NCBI GenBank assembly: GCA_023261805.1
Contig: JAGDXV010000005.1
Coordinates: forward strand, 1-55,938
Source: Candidatus Parvarchaeota archaeon
GTDB taxonomy: Archaea > Nanobdellota > Nanobdellia > Parvarchaeales > Parvarchaeaceae
DNA length: 55,938 nucleotides
Reading direction: 5' to 3'
The notes below the pieces were generated by a model. The model saw only the letters and a program-made list of their open reading frames with translations, had not been told where the DNA came from and did not search any database. A program made the position numbers and the translations under genes. Position 1 is the first letter of the stretch. Each line of letters begins with the position of its first letter. Below, one piece after another: positions 16,657 to 24,308 of the stretch.

Positions 16657-17253
16657 TCACTGTCCCTGTGCCTTCTTAAATTCTTCTATCAGGTCTCTCA
16701 GCTCCTTTATGCTGTCACTGAAGGCTGGAACTAGTTTGTCAACAACTTTATTGAAAGCATCCAACTCTATGTTCACATCGTTTAGAGCTTTATTATATTC
16801 CTCAGTCTTTCCAACCATAACATTCTGAAGCTCATCTATTCTTTGATTCATCCTTTCTATCTGTTCGGACAGGGTTCTTTGCATGTCGCTGTTTCTCTTG
16901 TTCTCATTCTTCAATGTTTCGATATCGGCGGTGGCTGTCTTCCATTTTTCCTCTATTATCTGTTCAAGGATACCCTGTATAGCATCCAATGTCTCCTCGC
17001 TGATTTTCGGTTGCTGTGGATTCTGTATCTGAATAGGCTGATTGACTTCCTGCACCTGTGGTGGTGGAGGCGGCTGATTCGCCTGTTGTGCCTGTGAAGC
17101 GTTCATTAGCGCCATTCTTATCGTTGTGTTGTCATATCCTTGCTGCCTTAAATTGTCAATTATGTCCTGTTCGCTCATCCCTTTTTTAAGCATGTCAGAT
17201 ACATCCGGCACATTTCCCTCATCCTTACGTTTTAGTGCATCCAAAAGGCTCAT
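16657..17253 (-). CDS. Hypothetical protein: N-terminal three-helix (UBA-like) module, Gln/Pro-rich linker, C-terminal coiled coil
   Basis: 198-aa ORF. Linker is QQANQPPPPPQVQEVNQPIQIQNPQQP. The C-terminal half has a heptad pattern. It shares a QxERMNxxxxE motif with the adjacent upstream gene. Confidence 0.7.
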   Translation of the reverse strand: MSLLDALKRKDEGNVPDVSDMLKKGMSEQDIIDNLRQQGYDNTTIRMALMNASQAQQANQPPPPPQVQEVNQPIQIQNPQQPKISEETLDAIQGILEQIIEEKWKTATADIETLKNENKRNSDMQRTLSEQIERMNQRIDELQNVMVGKTEEYNKALNDVNIELDAFNKVVDKLVPAFSDSIKELRDLIEEFKKAQGQ

Positions 17254-17256
17254 ATT

Positions 17257-17625
17257 TTAACCCCATTTCTTTTCATTTAAATAGTCATCCACTATTTTAA
17301 TGACATCGTCCTTACTTAAAAACCTTGAAGGATCTATAAACGAGAGGTATTTTTCAATTATTTTCACGTCTTTATCCCTTGCGAACTGTTCCATCTCCCT
17401 GTTCATCCTTTCCAGCTGGTCTTCTATTTCAAGTATTTTGCTTCTATTTTCGTCGAATAGTTTGAAAAGATTCTGTATGTTCTCCTTGGTTTCATTGTAC
17501 CTTTCAATATTGTTCTGATCGACTACACTTATAGAATCCTTTAATTGAAGCAGCTTTTGCTCGAATATTTTTAGGGATTCCCTCAGCTCTATTATGCTCT
17601 TTACCAGATCCACTTGCTGTTCCAT
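17257..17625 (-). CDS. Hypothetical 122-aa coiled-coil protein
   Basis: The ORF ends 3 nt before the next gene. The sequence is strongly heptad/charged and contains the motif EDQLERMNREMEQF. Confidence 0.65.
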   Translation of the reverse strand: MEQQVDLVKSIIELRESLKIFEQKLLQLKDSISVVDQNNIERYNETKENIQNLFKLFDENRSKILEIEDQLERMNREMEQFARDKDVKIIEKYLSFIDPSRFLSKDDVIKIVDDYLNEKKWG

Positions 17626-17729
17626 TAAATATTATAGTTTAGTATGCGCATTATTTATACGTTTTATCAAAGAATAATTTTAATCAATTAAAGTATTTAT
17701 TACACTGTTTGCTCCATCAATAAGTAACT

Positions 17730-18044
17730 ATGTCAAAGAACATTAGGAGGGGAAGGACTGGTACTGTTATATGTGCCTCCTGTGGGCAGGTCACCAGGAG
17801 GGACAGAGCCGTCTATACCTATAAGGACGGTATAAAGGTTTATTACTGTCCCGATTGTGCGAAGAAGGTGCACATAAAGCTGTACAAGGGGATTCCTCAC
17901 TATGTGAGAAAAAAGGAGAATACAGTAACACGAAGGAAGTTTGTGATATATCAGAGTGAGGCCGAAAGCACCGAGCCCGAGCAAAAGAGCGAGGAGGTCC
18001 AAAAGACAGAGGAAACGCAACCTAGCAGCGATCAGAAGGTATGA
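17730..18044 (+). CDS. Zinc-ribbon protein resembling a shortened ribosomal protein S26e, with an acidic C-terminal tail
   Basis: RRGRTGTVICASCGQVTRRDRAV...YYCPDCAKKVHIKLY parallels the eS26 pattern GRG.V..I.C..C...V..DKA...YC..CA.H. The spacer between the Cys pairs is ~30 aa shorter than in eS26. Confidence 0.45.
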   Translation: MSKNIRRGRTGTVICASCGQVTRRDRAVYTYKDGIKVYYCPDCAKKVHIKLYKGIPHYVRKKENTVTRRKFVIYQSEAESTEPEQKSEEVQKTEETQPSSDQKV

Positions 18045-18829
18045 GAATCAAGCTCGATTTGAGGCTTATCGCGTTTTTAGTTGTCATTGTGATTGTACTT
18101 GCTGTCGCTTACAACTATTTAAAGCCGGCTCCTCCGACTGTTTTGAATCTACCAAATAATGTGAAATATGCGGTCGAGTACTTCAATTCTAAGGAGCAGA
18201 ACTCAACGCTTCTTGTACCCTCCTTTTACGCTCAAGCAGCTTATTTATCCCAGAACGGAAACAGGGTGATCGTCAATGATACGATGTATGCCAACATTCT
18301 TTTTTCGGGCAAAAAGTACAAGGGCGTGGACTTCGTTTTAATAAGTCTGCCTTTGGTAGAGAATCTTTCTTACTTTTATTCTTACCTCAATTTGACACCA
18401 CCTCAAATAGTGTTCTTCAATAGCTCATACTCTATAAAGAATCTGTCATCCACATACAGGGGATGCGCGCTTTTCAAGAGCTCTTTCAATGCTTTGCTGT
18501 ACTGTGAGATTTATTTCCTTGACAGGCCGATCGGCGTGATAACCTTCGCGAACATGCCTCCAAATGTAACCAAAACAGAGGTCATCAATTCATCCCTCGT
18601 AATTTCAAGTGATTACTCTCAGACGTATGTGAAGTCAGATGTTTCCCAAAACAGTTCAAATGTTGTGGGTGGAACTGCCTTCATATACCCGAATGTTGCA
18701 GTCATGTACATACCACCAGAACTTTATGATACCTTTTATGGGAGATACGAATTCTCCCCAGATTCCTCGTTGAAGGGCGTTTTAGCTGATTTCTATGGCT
18801 TTAAGATTGTAAACATCAGCGGACGGTAG
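18041..18829 (+). CDS. Membrane-anchored extracellular protein rich in N-glycosylation sequons; possible AglB C-terminal-domain-like
   Basis: An N-terminal TM anchor and ~10 NxS/T sequons. The segment QNGNRVIVNDTMYAN resembles the NIANRTAVADGSNAYG segment that follows WWDYG in the AglB of this window. Its ATG overlaps the previous stop. Confidence 0.65.
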   Translation: MRIKLDLRLIAFLVVIVIVLAVAYNYLKPAPPTVLNLPNNVKYAVEYFNSKEQNSTLLVPSFYAQAAYLSQNGNRVIVNDTMYANILFSGKKYKGVDFVLISLPLVENLSYFYSYLNLTPPQIVFFNSSYSIKNLSSTYRGCALFKSSFNALLYCEIYFLDRPIGVITFANMPPNVTKTEVINSSLVISSDYSQTYVKSDVSQNSSNVVGGTAFIYPNVAVMYIPPELYDTFYGRYEFSPDSSLKGVLADFYGFKIVNISGR

Positions 18830-18901
18830 AAGACGTATCTTTTTGTAAACCTTTTTTAGTCAGTCCCCAAAATATTAATTCTTGAAAAAACAAGAGCTGA
18901 T

Positions 18902-19327
18902 ATGCGATTGAGCACAAAAGACATAAAGATAGCCGGTCTGCTTAGGAACACGATCAACATAGATTCTGTGGCAAAATCTATGGGGCTTTCCAGATCCGCG
19001 ATTTATTATCATCTAGACAAACTGAAGAAGAGAGGCGCAGTACGAGGTTACAGACTTCTTCTGAACGATGGAAAAAACACGAGTGTCGCGGTTCTTTTGA
19101 TAGAGTTAAGGGATACACGGATGAAGAAGGACATGTACAGATCAATAGAAAAGCACGATGAGATGATTCTGGACCTGTACGAGTTAGAAGGACGCTGGGA
19201 TTTTATGGTGGTACTTGTTGGTAAGAAACAAAAGCTAGAGGAATTTGTGAGAAATGAGATCAATCAGGACAGGAATACAAAAAGATCGCAGTTGTTGTTT
19301 GTGTCCAGGAAGATGAGGATGGTATGA
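18902..19327 (+). CDS. Lrp/AsnC-family transcriptional regulator
   Basis: An N-terminal HTH (VAKSMGLSRSAIYYHLDKLKKRGAVRGY) followed by a ~70-aa RAM/ACT-like domain. 141 aa. Confidence 0.7.
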   Translation: MRLSTKDIKIAGLLRNTINIDSVAKSMGLSRSAIYYHLDKLKKRGAVRGYRLLLNDGKNTSVAVLLIELRDTRMKKDMYRSIEKHDEMILDLYELEGRWDFMVVLVGKKQKLEEFVRNEINQDRNTKRSQLLFVSRKMRMV

Positions 19328-19668
19328 AACTAGAGGACATATACAACGAAAAGATGAAAGAGAAGGGCCTGAATATAAGAGTAGAAGGATACAAAGAAGA
19401 GCGCCCTCATTATCTTTTGATTATCCTCCTTGTTGTTGCGATACTTGGCTTACCGAACTATTTTCTTATTTACAACAGTGGAAACGCCTGTTTTGCCCAT
19501 GCAAGTGCCTCATTTCAAAACAGCACATCCGTTGTCTCAAATGCTGTGGGCCTGGGTTGTGGGGTTGATTTCACTTTGTATATCTTTGCCACGGTACTTG
19601 AATTGCTGATAATAGCCCTTCTTTTGCTGAAATTTGTGAGGTATAGAAAGATAACGAGAAAAATATGA
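19324..19668 (+). CDS. Small membrane protein (2 TM)
   Basis: Two hydrophobic segments. 4-nt overlaps with both neighbours. Confidence 0.6.
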   Translation: MKLEDIYNEKMKEKGLNIRVEGYKEERPHYLLIILLVVAILGLPNYFLIYNSGNACFAHASASFQNSTSVVSNAVGLGCGVDFTLYIFATVLELLIIALLLLKFVRYRKITRKI

Positions 19669-20243
19669 CATACGCCTCACTTGAGGATATAGCCAGTGAA
19701 ATTGTCGCGTGTACAAAATGCGATCTTTTCAGAGGAAGAAAGAATGCTGTACCTGGCGAGGGAAATCCTGGCGCGAAGCTAGTGATAGTTGGTGAGGCGC
19801 CGGGAAGAAACGAGGATGCGATGGGCAGACCATTCGTTGGGAATGCAGGCAAGTTTTTGGATAGGTATCTTTCTCTTGCCGGAATAGATAGAAAGGACAT
19901 ATTTATAACAAACGCTGTCAAGTGCAGGCCTCCAAACAACAGGAAGCCGACACCTTTTGAAATTGGGCAATGTAGACCTTATCTCATATATCAATTGAAA
20001 TTGGTAAATCCGAGGCTTGTTTTAGCTCTCGGCGTTTCGGCTTCTTCTTCCCTTGGAATGAAGTTTTCTCACCTGGATGAGATACGTGGTAAGCTTTTTG
20101 ATATCAAGTTGGACTCTCTGAACATAACCGTTTATCCAACTTATCATCCGTCTTTTCCGATGAGGTTTCCAAGCAAACGCGAGACATTTCTGAGCGATCT
20201 GAAGCGAGTGAAAGAAATATTAGGGAAGGAGATCAGATCTTGA
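19665..20243 (+). CDS. udg: Uracil-DNA glycosylase, family 4
   Basis: CTKCDL...GEGNPGAKLVIVGEAPGRNEDAMGRPFVGNAGKFL, ITNAVKCRPP and a C-terminal HPS motif. Cys residues sit at the family-4 Fe-S positions. Confidence 0.88.
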   Translation: MTYASLEDIASEIVACTKCDLFRGRKNAVPGEGNPGAKLVIVGEAPGRNEDAMGRPFVGNAGKFLDRYLSLAGIDRKDIFITNAVKCRPPNNRKPTPFEIGQCRPYLIYQLKLVNPRLVLALGVSASSSLGMKFSHLDEIRGKLFDIKLDSLNITVYPTYHPSFPMRFPSKRETFLSDLKRVKEILGKEIRS

Positions 20244-21006
20244 CGAAATTTATGGCGTTCCCGTATTCTGTGTTGTAGGCAGGAAAATGCGTTAGGACGA
20301 AGGCAACGGTCCTGTTCTTTGATGCGTATCCAGCTATCTTGGCTAGGTCATTCTTTGTTGGTTTCTTTTTCTGAAAAACTCCGACTATCACATTAAGTCC
20401 ATGCTGTCCATACTTTGCGATGAAGGTATGTTTATCTATGGAGCTTGGCGAGGAAAAGCCATTGGATACGATTAGGGAAAGTTCATCGCTTGAGACTTTT
20501 GGTGCCTTCGTTTTTTGGATTTTGACCGCGGTTTGAACGGGTTTCTCCTCCTTGTTTATAATGCTCTGGACGGTTTCGTTTGGTACATTGTAGTAAACGA
20601 AAATGTCCTTTTTTTCATTTGTGTCTCTGTCTATAGCCGAAAGTTTTCTCACAAAATCAGAGAGGTTCTGTATCATGTATCTTTCTGCGGGCAAAAGATC
20701 ATCGCTTTTAATGACCTTTTCTTCCTTGAATTTGTTGACGATGGCTTTTTCAGCGTTGTTGAGTGTTTCGTAAAGCTTTGATAGGGCCGCATCTTTTTGG
20801 TCCGGAAGAAAATAAACAGAGGAGAAGCCGTACTTTCTATTTGTTCTTTGAAGGGTTCCTCTTGCGACGAAATAATCAAGAATTGCGCCGGTCTGCATGG
20901 TATCCTTTCCGATGGCCGAGGCGATGTCGACCGTCAGGGAAGGCCCATGCTGAGAAATATAGGTTTTTATCTGAGCATACAGGTCATTGATGTCATCCTG
21001 GGCCAT
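20233..21006 (-). CDS. Hypothetical winged-helix DNA-binding protein with an uncharacterised C-terminal domain
   Basis: The N-terminal ~70 aa have a wHTH-like pattern (PSLTVDIASAIGKDTMQTGAILDYFVARGTLQR). It is divergent from the pilin-like gene pair across a 36-nt spacer. Confidence 0.65.
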   Translation of the reverse strand: MAQDDINDLYAQIKTYISQHGPSLTVDIASAIGKDTMQTGAILDYFVARGTLQRTNRKYGFSSVYFLPDQKDAALSKLYETLNNAEKAIVNKFKEEKVIKSDDLLPAERYMIQNLSDFVRKLSAIDRDTNEKKDIFVYYNVPNETVQSIINKEEKPVQTAVKIQKTKAPKVSSDELSLIVSNGFSSPSSIDKHTFIAKYGQHGLNVIVGVFQKKKPTKNDLAKIAGYASKNRTVAFVLTHFPAYNTEYGNAINFVKI

Positions 21007-21042
21007 AAATGGATTTATACCTGCGTATTATTAAATCTTCTT

Positions 21043-21567
21043 ATGGATAAAGCTGGGCAGATATTCAGCCTGGACCTGCTTTTGGCGATGTCAATTTTCA
21101 TAGTCATACTTGGTGTTATAATAATCGCCGCTTACACAATGTCCGGTGCATACACCCCTTACTCTCTACCAAATTCAGAGGCAAATGAAATATATCTCAC
21201 AAACAATGTTAATGAGGCGATAAACCTTCTTGCCCAGTCGTACGGCAACCCGACGGATTGGCAAATGGTTTCATGCTCCAAGATATTGAGTCTCGGTCTC
21301 CTTAATTCTAGCACAGGCCTTTTGAGTATGCAGAAACTTTACAATTTAACGACGCTTCCTGTTGGTTGTCTGTCTAATCTTATAAGAGGAGGAGACTACT
21401 TTAACATAACAGCTTATTATCTAAACTATACCCCCTTAGAGATAAACGGAAGATATATCAGTGTCGGATTTCCCCCTCCTAAAAGTTCATCAGTCGTTTC
21501 TGTCTCAAGATTTTTGGTTGAGAACGGCGGGCAAATAGTGAGATTGACTCTTAGTGAGTGGATATGA
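21043..21567 (+). CDS. Type IV pilin-like protein (class III signal peptide)
   Basis: MDKAGQIFSLDLLLAMSIFIVILGVIIIAAY has a short charged leader, K-[AG]-Q and a hydrophobic helix. I start at the internal Met because the longer track ORF overlaps the divergent gene, and a TTTATA box lies ~27 nt upstream of this ATG. Confidence 0.7.
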   Translation: MDKAGQIFSLDLLLAMSIFIVILGVIIIAAYTMSGAYTPYSLPNSEANEIYLTNNVNEAINLLAQSYGNPTDWQMVSCSKILSLGLLNSSTGLLSMQKLYNLTTLPVGCLSNLIRGGDYFNITAYYLNYTPLEINGRYISVGFPPPKSSSVVSVSRFLVENGGQIVRLTLSEWI

Positions 21568-22274
21568 AAGCACAGGTTTTTACCTTGGACCTTGTCATAG
21601 GCTTGGCGATAATCCTGGCGATATTATCGGCAGCATATTATATCTCGAATATCTATGTTTCTTACGTTTCATCCCAAAATTCGAACGTTGACGCGGTTAG
21701 TCAGATATCTTCGGCCATTTCAGCTTTTGCTGATTCAAGTTCAACCGTCTCTGCTATAGATGCACTTCAAGTCTCAGGTAAAAACACGGGCTACTTAACC
21801 AATACGTTAAATCAAGAGATACCGTATCCCTACGAATTAACGGTGCTTGCTGATGAATCATATACGAGTGTGAGTTTACCATCTGTTATATTATACTCAT
21901 ACGTCTCCCCCTCTTTTGGCGGAAATTCACTTTATTCTTTATCAAAGATCATTGTAGTTTACAATAGTTCGAGTGCATGTGTTGATTGTAACGCTTCTAT
22001 CGTCGCAAGGAGCAGTTTTCCTTCCGAGAATACAACCATAAGTGTTCCTAAATGTTCGATCTTCACACCGTCAGGAGTTAACGTCCTTTCAGATGGGTGG
22101 AGCGTTTTTAATAACACTCCCTCCGGTCAGTGCACCGTGACGATCGGTCCTTATTCAAGCGCCCCTCCAACCTCCTATCTCGTGAAGGGTTACAGTTCCT
22201 CAGGTTCTTATTTGGGCAACAGCACTTTGCACGTTCTCTCACTCGACCTTATCGACGTGAAAGTGTCTGTCTAA
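21558..22274 (+). CDS. Type IV pilin-like protein (class III signal peptide), Ser/Thr-rich
   Basis: MDMKAQVFTLDLVIGLAIILAIL has the same leader architecture as the preceding gene. It overlaps that gene by 10 nt. Confidence 0.7.
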   Translation: MDMKAQVFTLDLVIGLAIILAILSAAYYISNIYVSYVSSQNSNVDAVSQISSAISAFADSSSTVSAIDALQVSGKNTGYLTNTLNQEIPYPYELTVLADESYTSVSLPSVILYSYVSPSFGGNSLYSLSKIIVVYNSSSACVDCNASIVARSSFPSENTTISVPKCSIFTPSGVNVLSDGWSVFNNTPSGQCTVTIGPYSSAPPTSYLVKGYSSSGSYLGNSTLHVLSLDLIDVKVSV

Positions 22275-22503
22275 GCCTTGGACGTACTACACGTCCCCTA
22301 GGAGATTTCACTTTTTCCTCAAACTCTTGGAGGTCACCGAGGATATTTTCATTTTTTATGATTTTTTCTCTTGCCAGAAGGTCATTCACCTTCAGAAGCT
22401 CCTTTCCAAAGTCCAGTGCCTCTCCGTACTTCAGGTTGTTCCTGTACTGGTTGTACAGTACTATGCTTTCAAGAAGTTTCCTATACAGTTTTCTATTTCC
22501 CAT
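22249..22503 (-). CDS. Hypothetical 84-aa helical protein with an Arg-rich tail
   Basis: This is the only plausible ORF in the 22275-22552 gap. TTATATAAATA and GGGAGTGGGG lie just upstream of the ATG. The last 26 nt overlap the convergent pilin-like gene. Confidence 0.4.
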   Translation of the reverse strand: MGNRKLYRKLLESIVLYNQYRNNLKYGEALDFGKELLKVNDLLAREKIIKNENILGDLQEFEEKVKSPRGRVVRPRLRQTLSRR

Positions 22504-22552
22504 GCCCCACTCCCTTATTTATATAATGATAAGAACTTTTATTTAAGATTTT

Positions 22553-24271
22553 TTAGTCGAAGAGCTTTCCGCTTTCCTTTTGTTCAACATCAAGTCTGCT
22601 ACCTGGCGTATTAATTCTCGGTCTTCCCGTTTCTGTATCTCTTCTTATCGTCACACCGCTGTCCCTGAGAAGTTCATTTATCGCATCTTCCTTTTTCATT
22701 ATCCCATTCACAATCCCCTGGACCCTTGGTTTTCCATCAAAGAAAATTATCCTCGATGCGATCGAGTCTATGAAAACAAGATCATGATCTACAACTATTG
22801 CGCTCTTCTGCCTAGATTTTATGAATGCATTGAATATGTCTATCACGCTTAAACGGTCCTCGACATCCAAATTTGCTGAGGGTTCATCCAGCACGTACAG
22901 ATCAGCATCACGCATGAGGGAGGAGACGATCGCCACCTTTTGCAGTTCTCCACCCGACAGGTTTTTTATGTTTTTGTTTAACACCCGGTTTAGCTCAAGC
23001 TTTCTGATCATATCCTGAAATACCTCATTATTCTCGAAGTTCTTATCTATACTTGAGAATACATCAGATACGATCATATCGCCCCTTTCTATTATCTGGG
23101 GCTTGTAGGATATCCTTATCCCAAAATCCAGTCTTCCAATGTCCGTTTCTACAAGGCCGGCTAGACCCTTTAGAAAGGTTGTTTTTCCTATCCCATTTTC
23201 ACCTATCGCTCCGATGATCTCTCCTTTGGGTAGTGAGCCAGCCTTTACGTTAAGGACAAAGCTTCCAAGTTTAATATTGAAATCGGGCCATGAAAATGAA
23301 ACATCTATCGACTGTGATGAGCTTTCCTTTTTCATGTTTATCTGATAGGATCTGAACCGCACATTTTCATCCGGAAGATAGCCGTAAATGTAATTATTTA
23401 TCCCACTCCTTGTGGGCATAACATGCGATACTATTCCATAGTTTGAATCCGATCCATAAAGCACCTGAACAAAATCAGCCATATAATCTACAGCCAGCAG
23501 GTCATGTTCAGCCACCACGACTGTCTTCCCTTTCAATTTTTCCTTTATTGTACGTGAAACCCTAAGTCTCTGCGATATGTCTAGAAAGTTCATCGGCTCA
23601 TCGAAGATGTAAACGTCAGCTTCTTCATCAAGTGTCTGGGCTATCCTCACGAGCTGGCCTTCTCCGCCAGAAAGAAGGGAAGCGTCCTCTTTATTCAGAA
23701 GATCTTTGTCTATCAATCCAAATCTGTTGCTTTTCACGATGTCTTTGACTTTTCCTTCAAGCCTAAATTCCTGTGGTTTCTTGCTTATTTTCAATCTTCC
23801 TGAATATATCTTCTCTAAATATGGTTGAACATCCTTTCCCCTGAACCTTTGAATTATCTCCTTTTCGGTGTGCTCCTTATCAAATTCTCCGAAATTCGGC
23901 TTTAATTCTCCGCTTATCAGCTTTATATTGGTGGTTTTTCCTATCCCGTTCCTGCCTATCAGTGCGACGATCCTTCCCTCCATTGGCGAAGCGATGTTGT
24001 ATGTTCTGAATGAATTGATGCCGTATTGGAAAACCAGCTCCTTTCCGGTCTCATCTGGGAGGTTTATCACCCTTATGGCCTCGAAGGGGCATCTTTTCAC
24101 ACATATACCACATGCTATGCAAAGTTCTTCGTTGATCGCAGCCTTTCCATTCTCACGTTTGTAAACCGTCTCTTTCAGTCCCTTGCGTACCTGAGGGCAA
24201 ACATTATAGCATATATAATTGCATGCGCTCGGTGCTTCGCATTCATTCTCTTTTATCACGACGATATGCAT
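22553..24271 (-). CDS. abcE1: ABCE1 / RNase L inhibitor-type ribosome recycling ATPase
   Basis: An N-terminal Fe-S domain (CPQVR..., CIACGICVKRCP), two ABC cassettes with Walker A GRNGIGKTT and GENGIGKTT, and two LSGGE signatures. Confidence 0.93.
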   Translation of the reverse strand: MHIVVIKENECEAPSACNYICYNVCPQVRKGLKETVYKRENGKAAINEELCIACGICVKRCPFEAIRVINLPDETGKELVFQYGINSFRTYNIASPMEGRIVALIGRNGIGKTTNIKLISGELKPNFGEFDKEHTEKEIIQRFRGKDVQPYLEKIYSGRLKISKKPQEFRLEGKVKDIVKSNRFGLIDKDLLNKEDASLLSGGEGQLVRIAQTLDEEADVYIFDEPMNFLDISQRLRVSRTIKEKLKGKTVVVAEHDLLAVDYMADFVQVLYGSDSNYGIVSHVMPTRSGINNYIYGYLPDENVRFRSYQINMKKESSSQSIDVSFSWPDFNIKLGSFVLNVKAGSLPKGEIIGAIGENGIGKTTFLKGLAGLVETDIGRLDFGIRISYKPQIIERGDMIVSDVFSSIDKNFENNEVFQDMIRKLELNRVLNKNIKNLSGGELQKVAIVSSLMRDADLYVLDEPSANLDVEDRLSVIDIFNAFIKSRQKSAIVVDHDLVFIDSIASRIIFFDGKPRVQGIVNGIMKKEDAINELLRDSGVTIRRDTETGRPRINTPGSRLDVEQKESGKLFD

Positions 24272-24308
24272 AATTACTTTTATTAATGATCAGTGCATTA
24301 AAATATAC

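Noticed and set aside
20797-21042. N-terminal 82-codon extension of the first pilin-like ORF
   Set aside because: It overlaps the divergent wHTH gene on the other strand. The internal Met gives a textbook class III signal peptide and has a TATA box at the right distance.
22130-22546. 138-aa plus-strand ORF in the gap between the pilin-like gene and ABCE1
   Set aside because: It overlaps the pilin-like CDS in another frame and is Ser/Phe/Arg-rich nonsense. The opposite-strand 84-aa ORF has a better start context, though it too is uncertain.
24219-24308. 30-codon N-terminal extension of the TIM-barrel ORF. The same issue applies at 7584..7640 for the methyltransferase and 37872..37949 for the PAC2-like gene.
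   Set aside because: The extensions overlap neighbouring well-supported genes and encode Cys/Ile-rich nonsense. In each case an internal ATG with promoter or coupling context is preferred.
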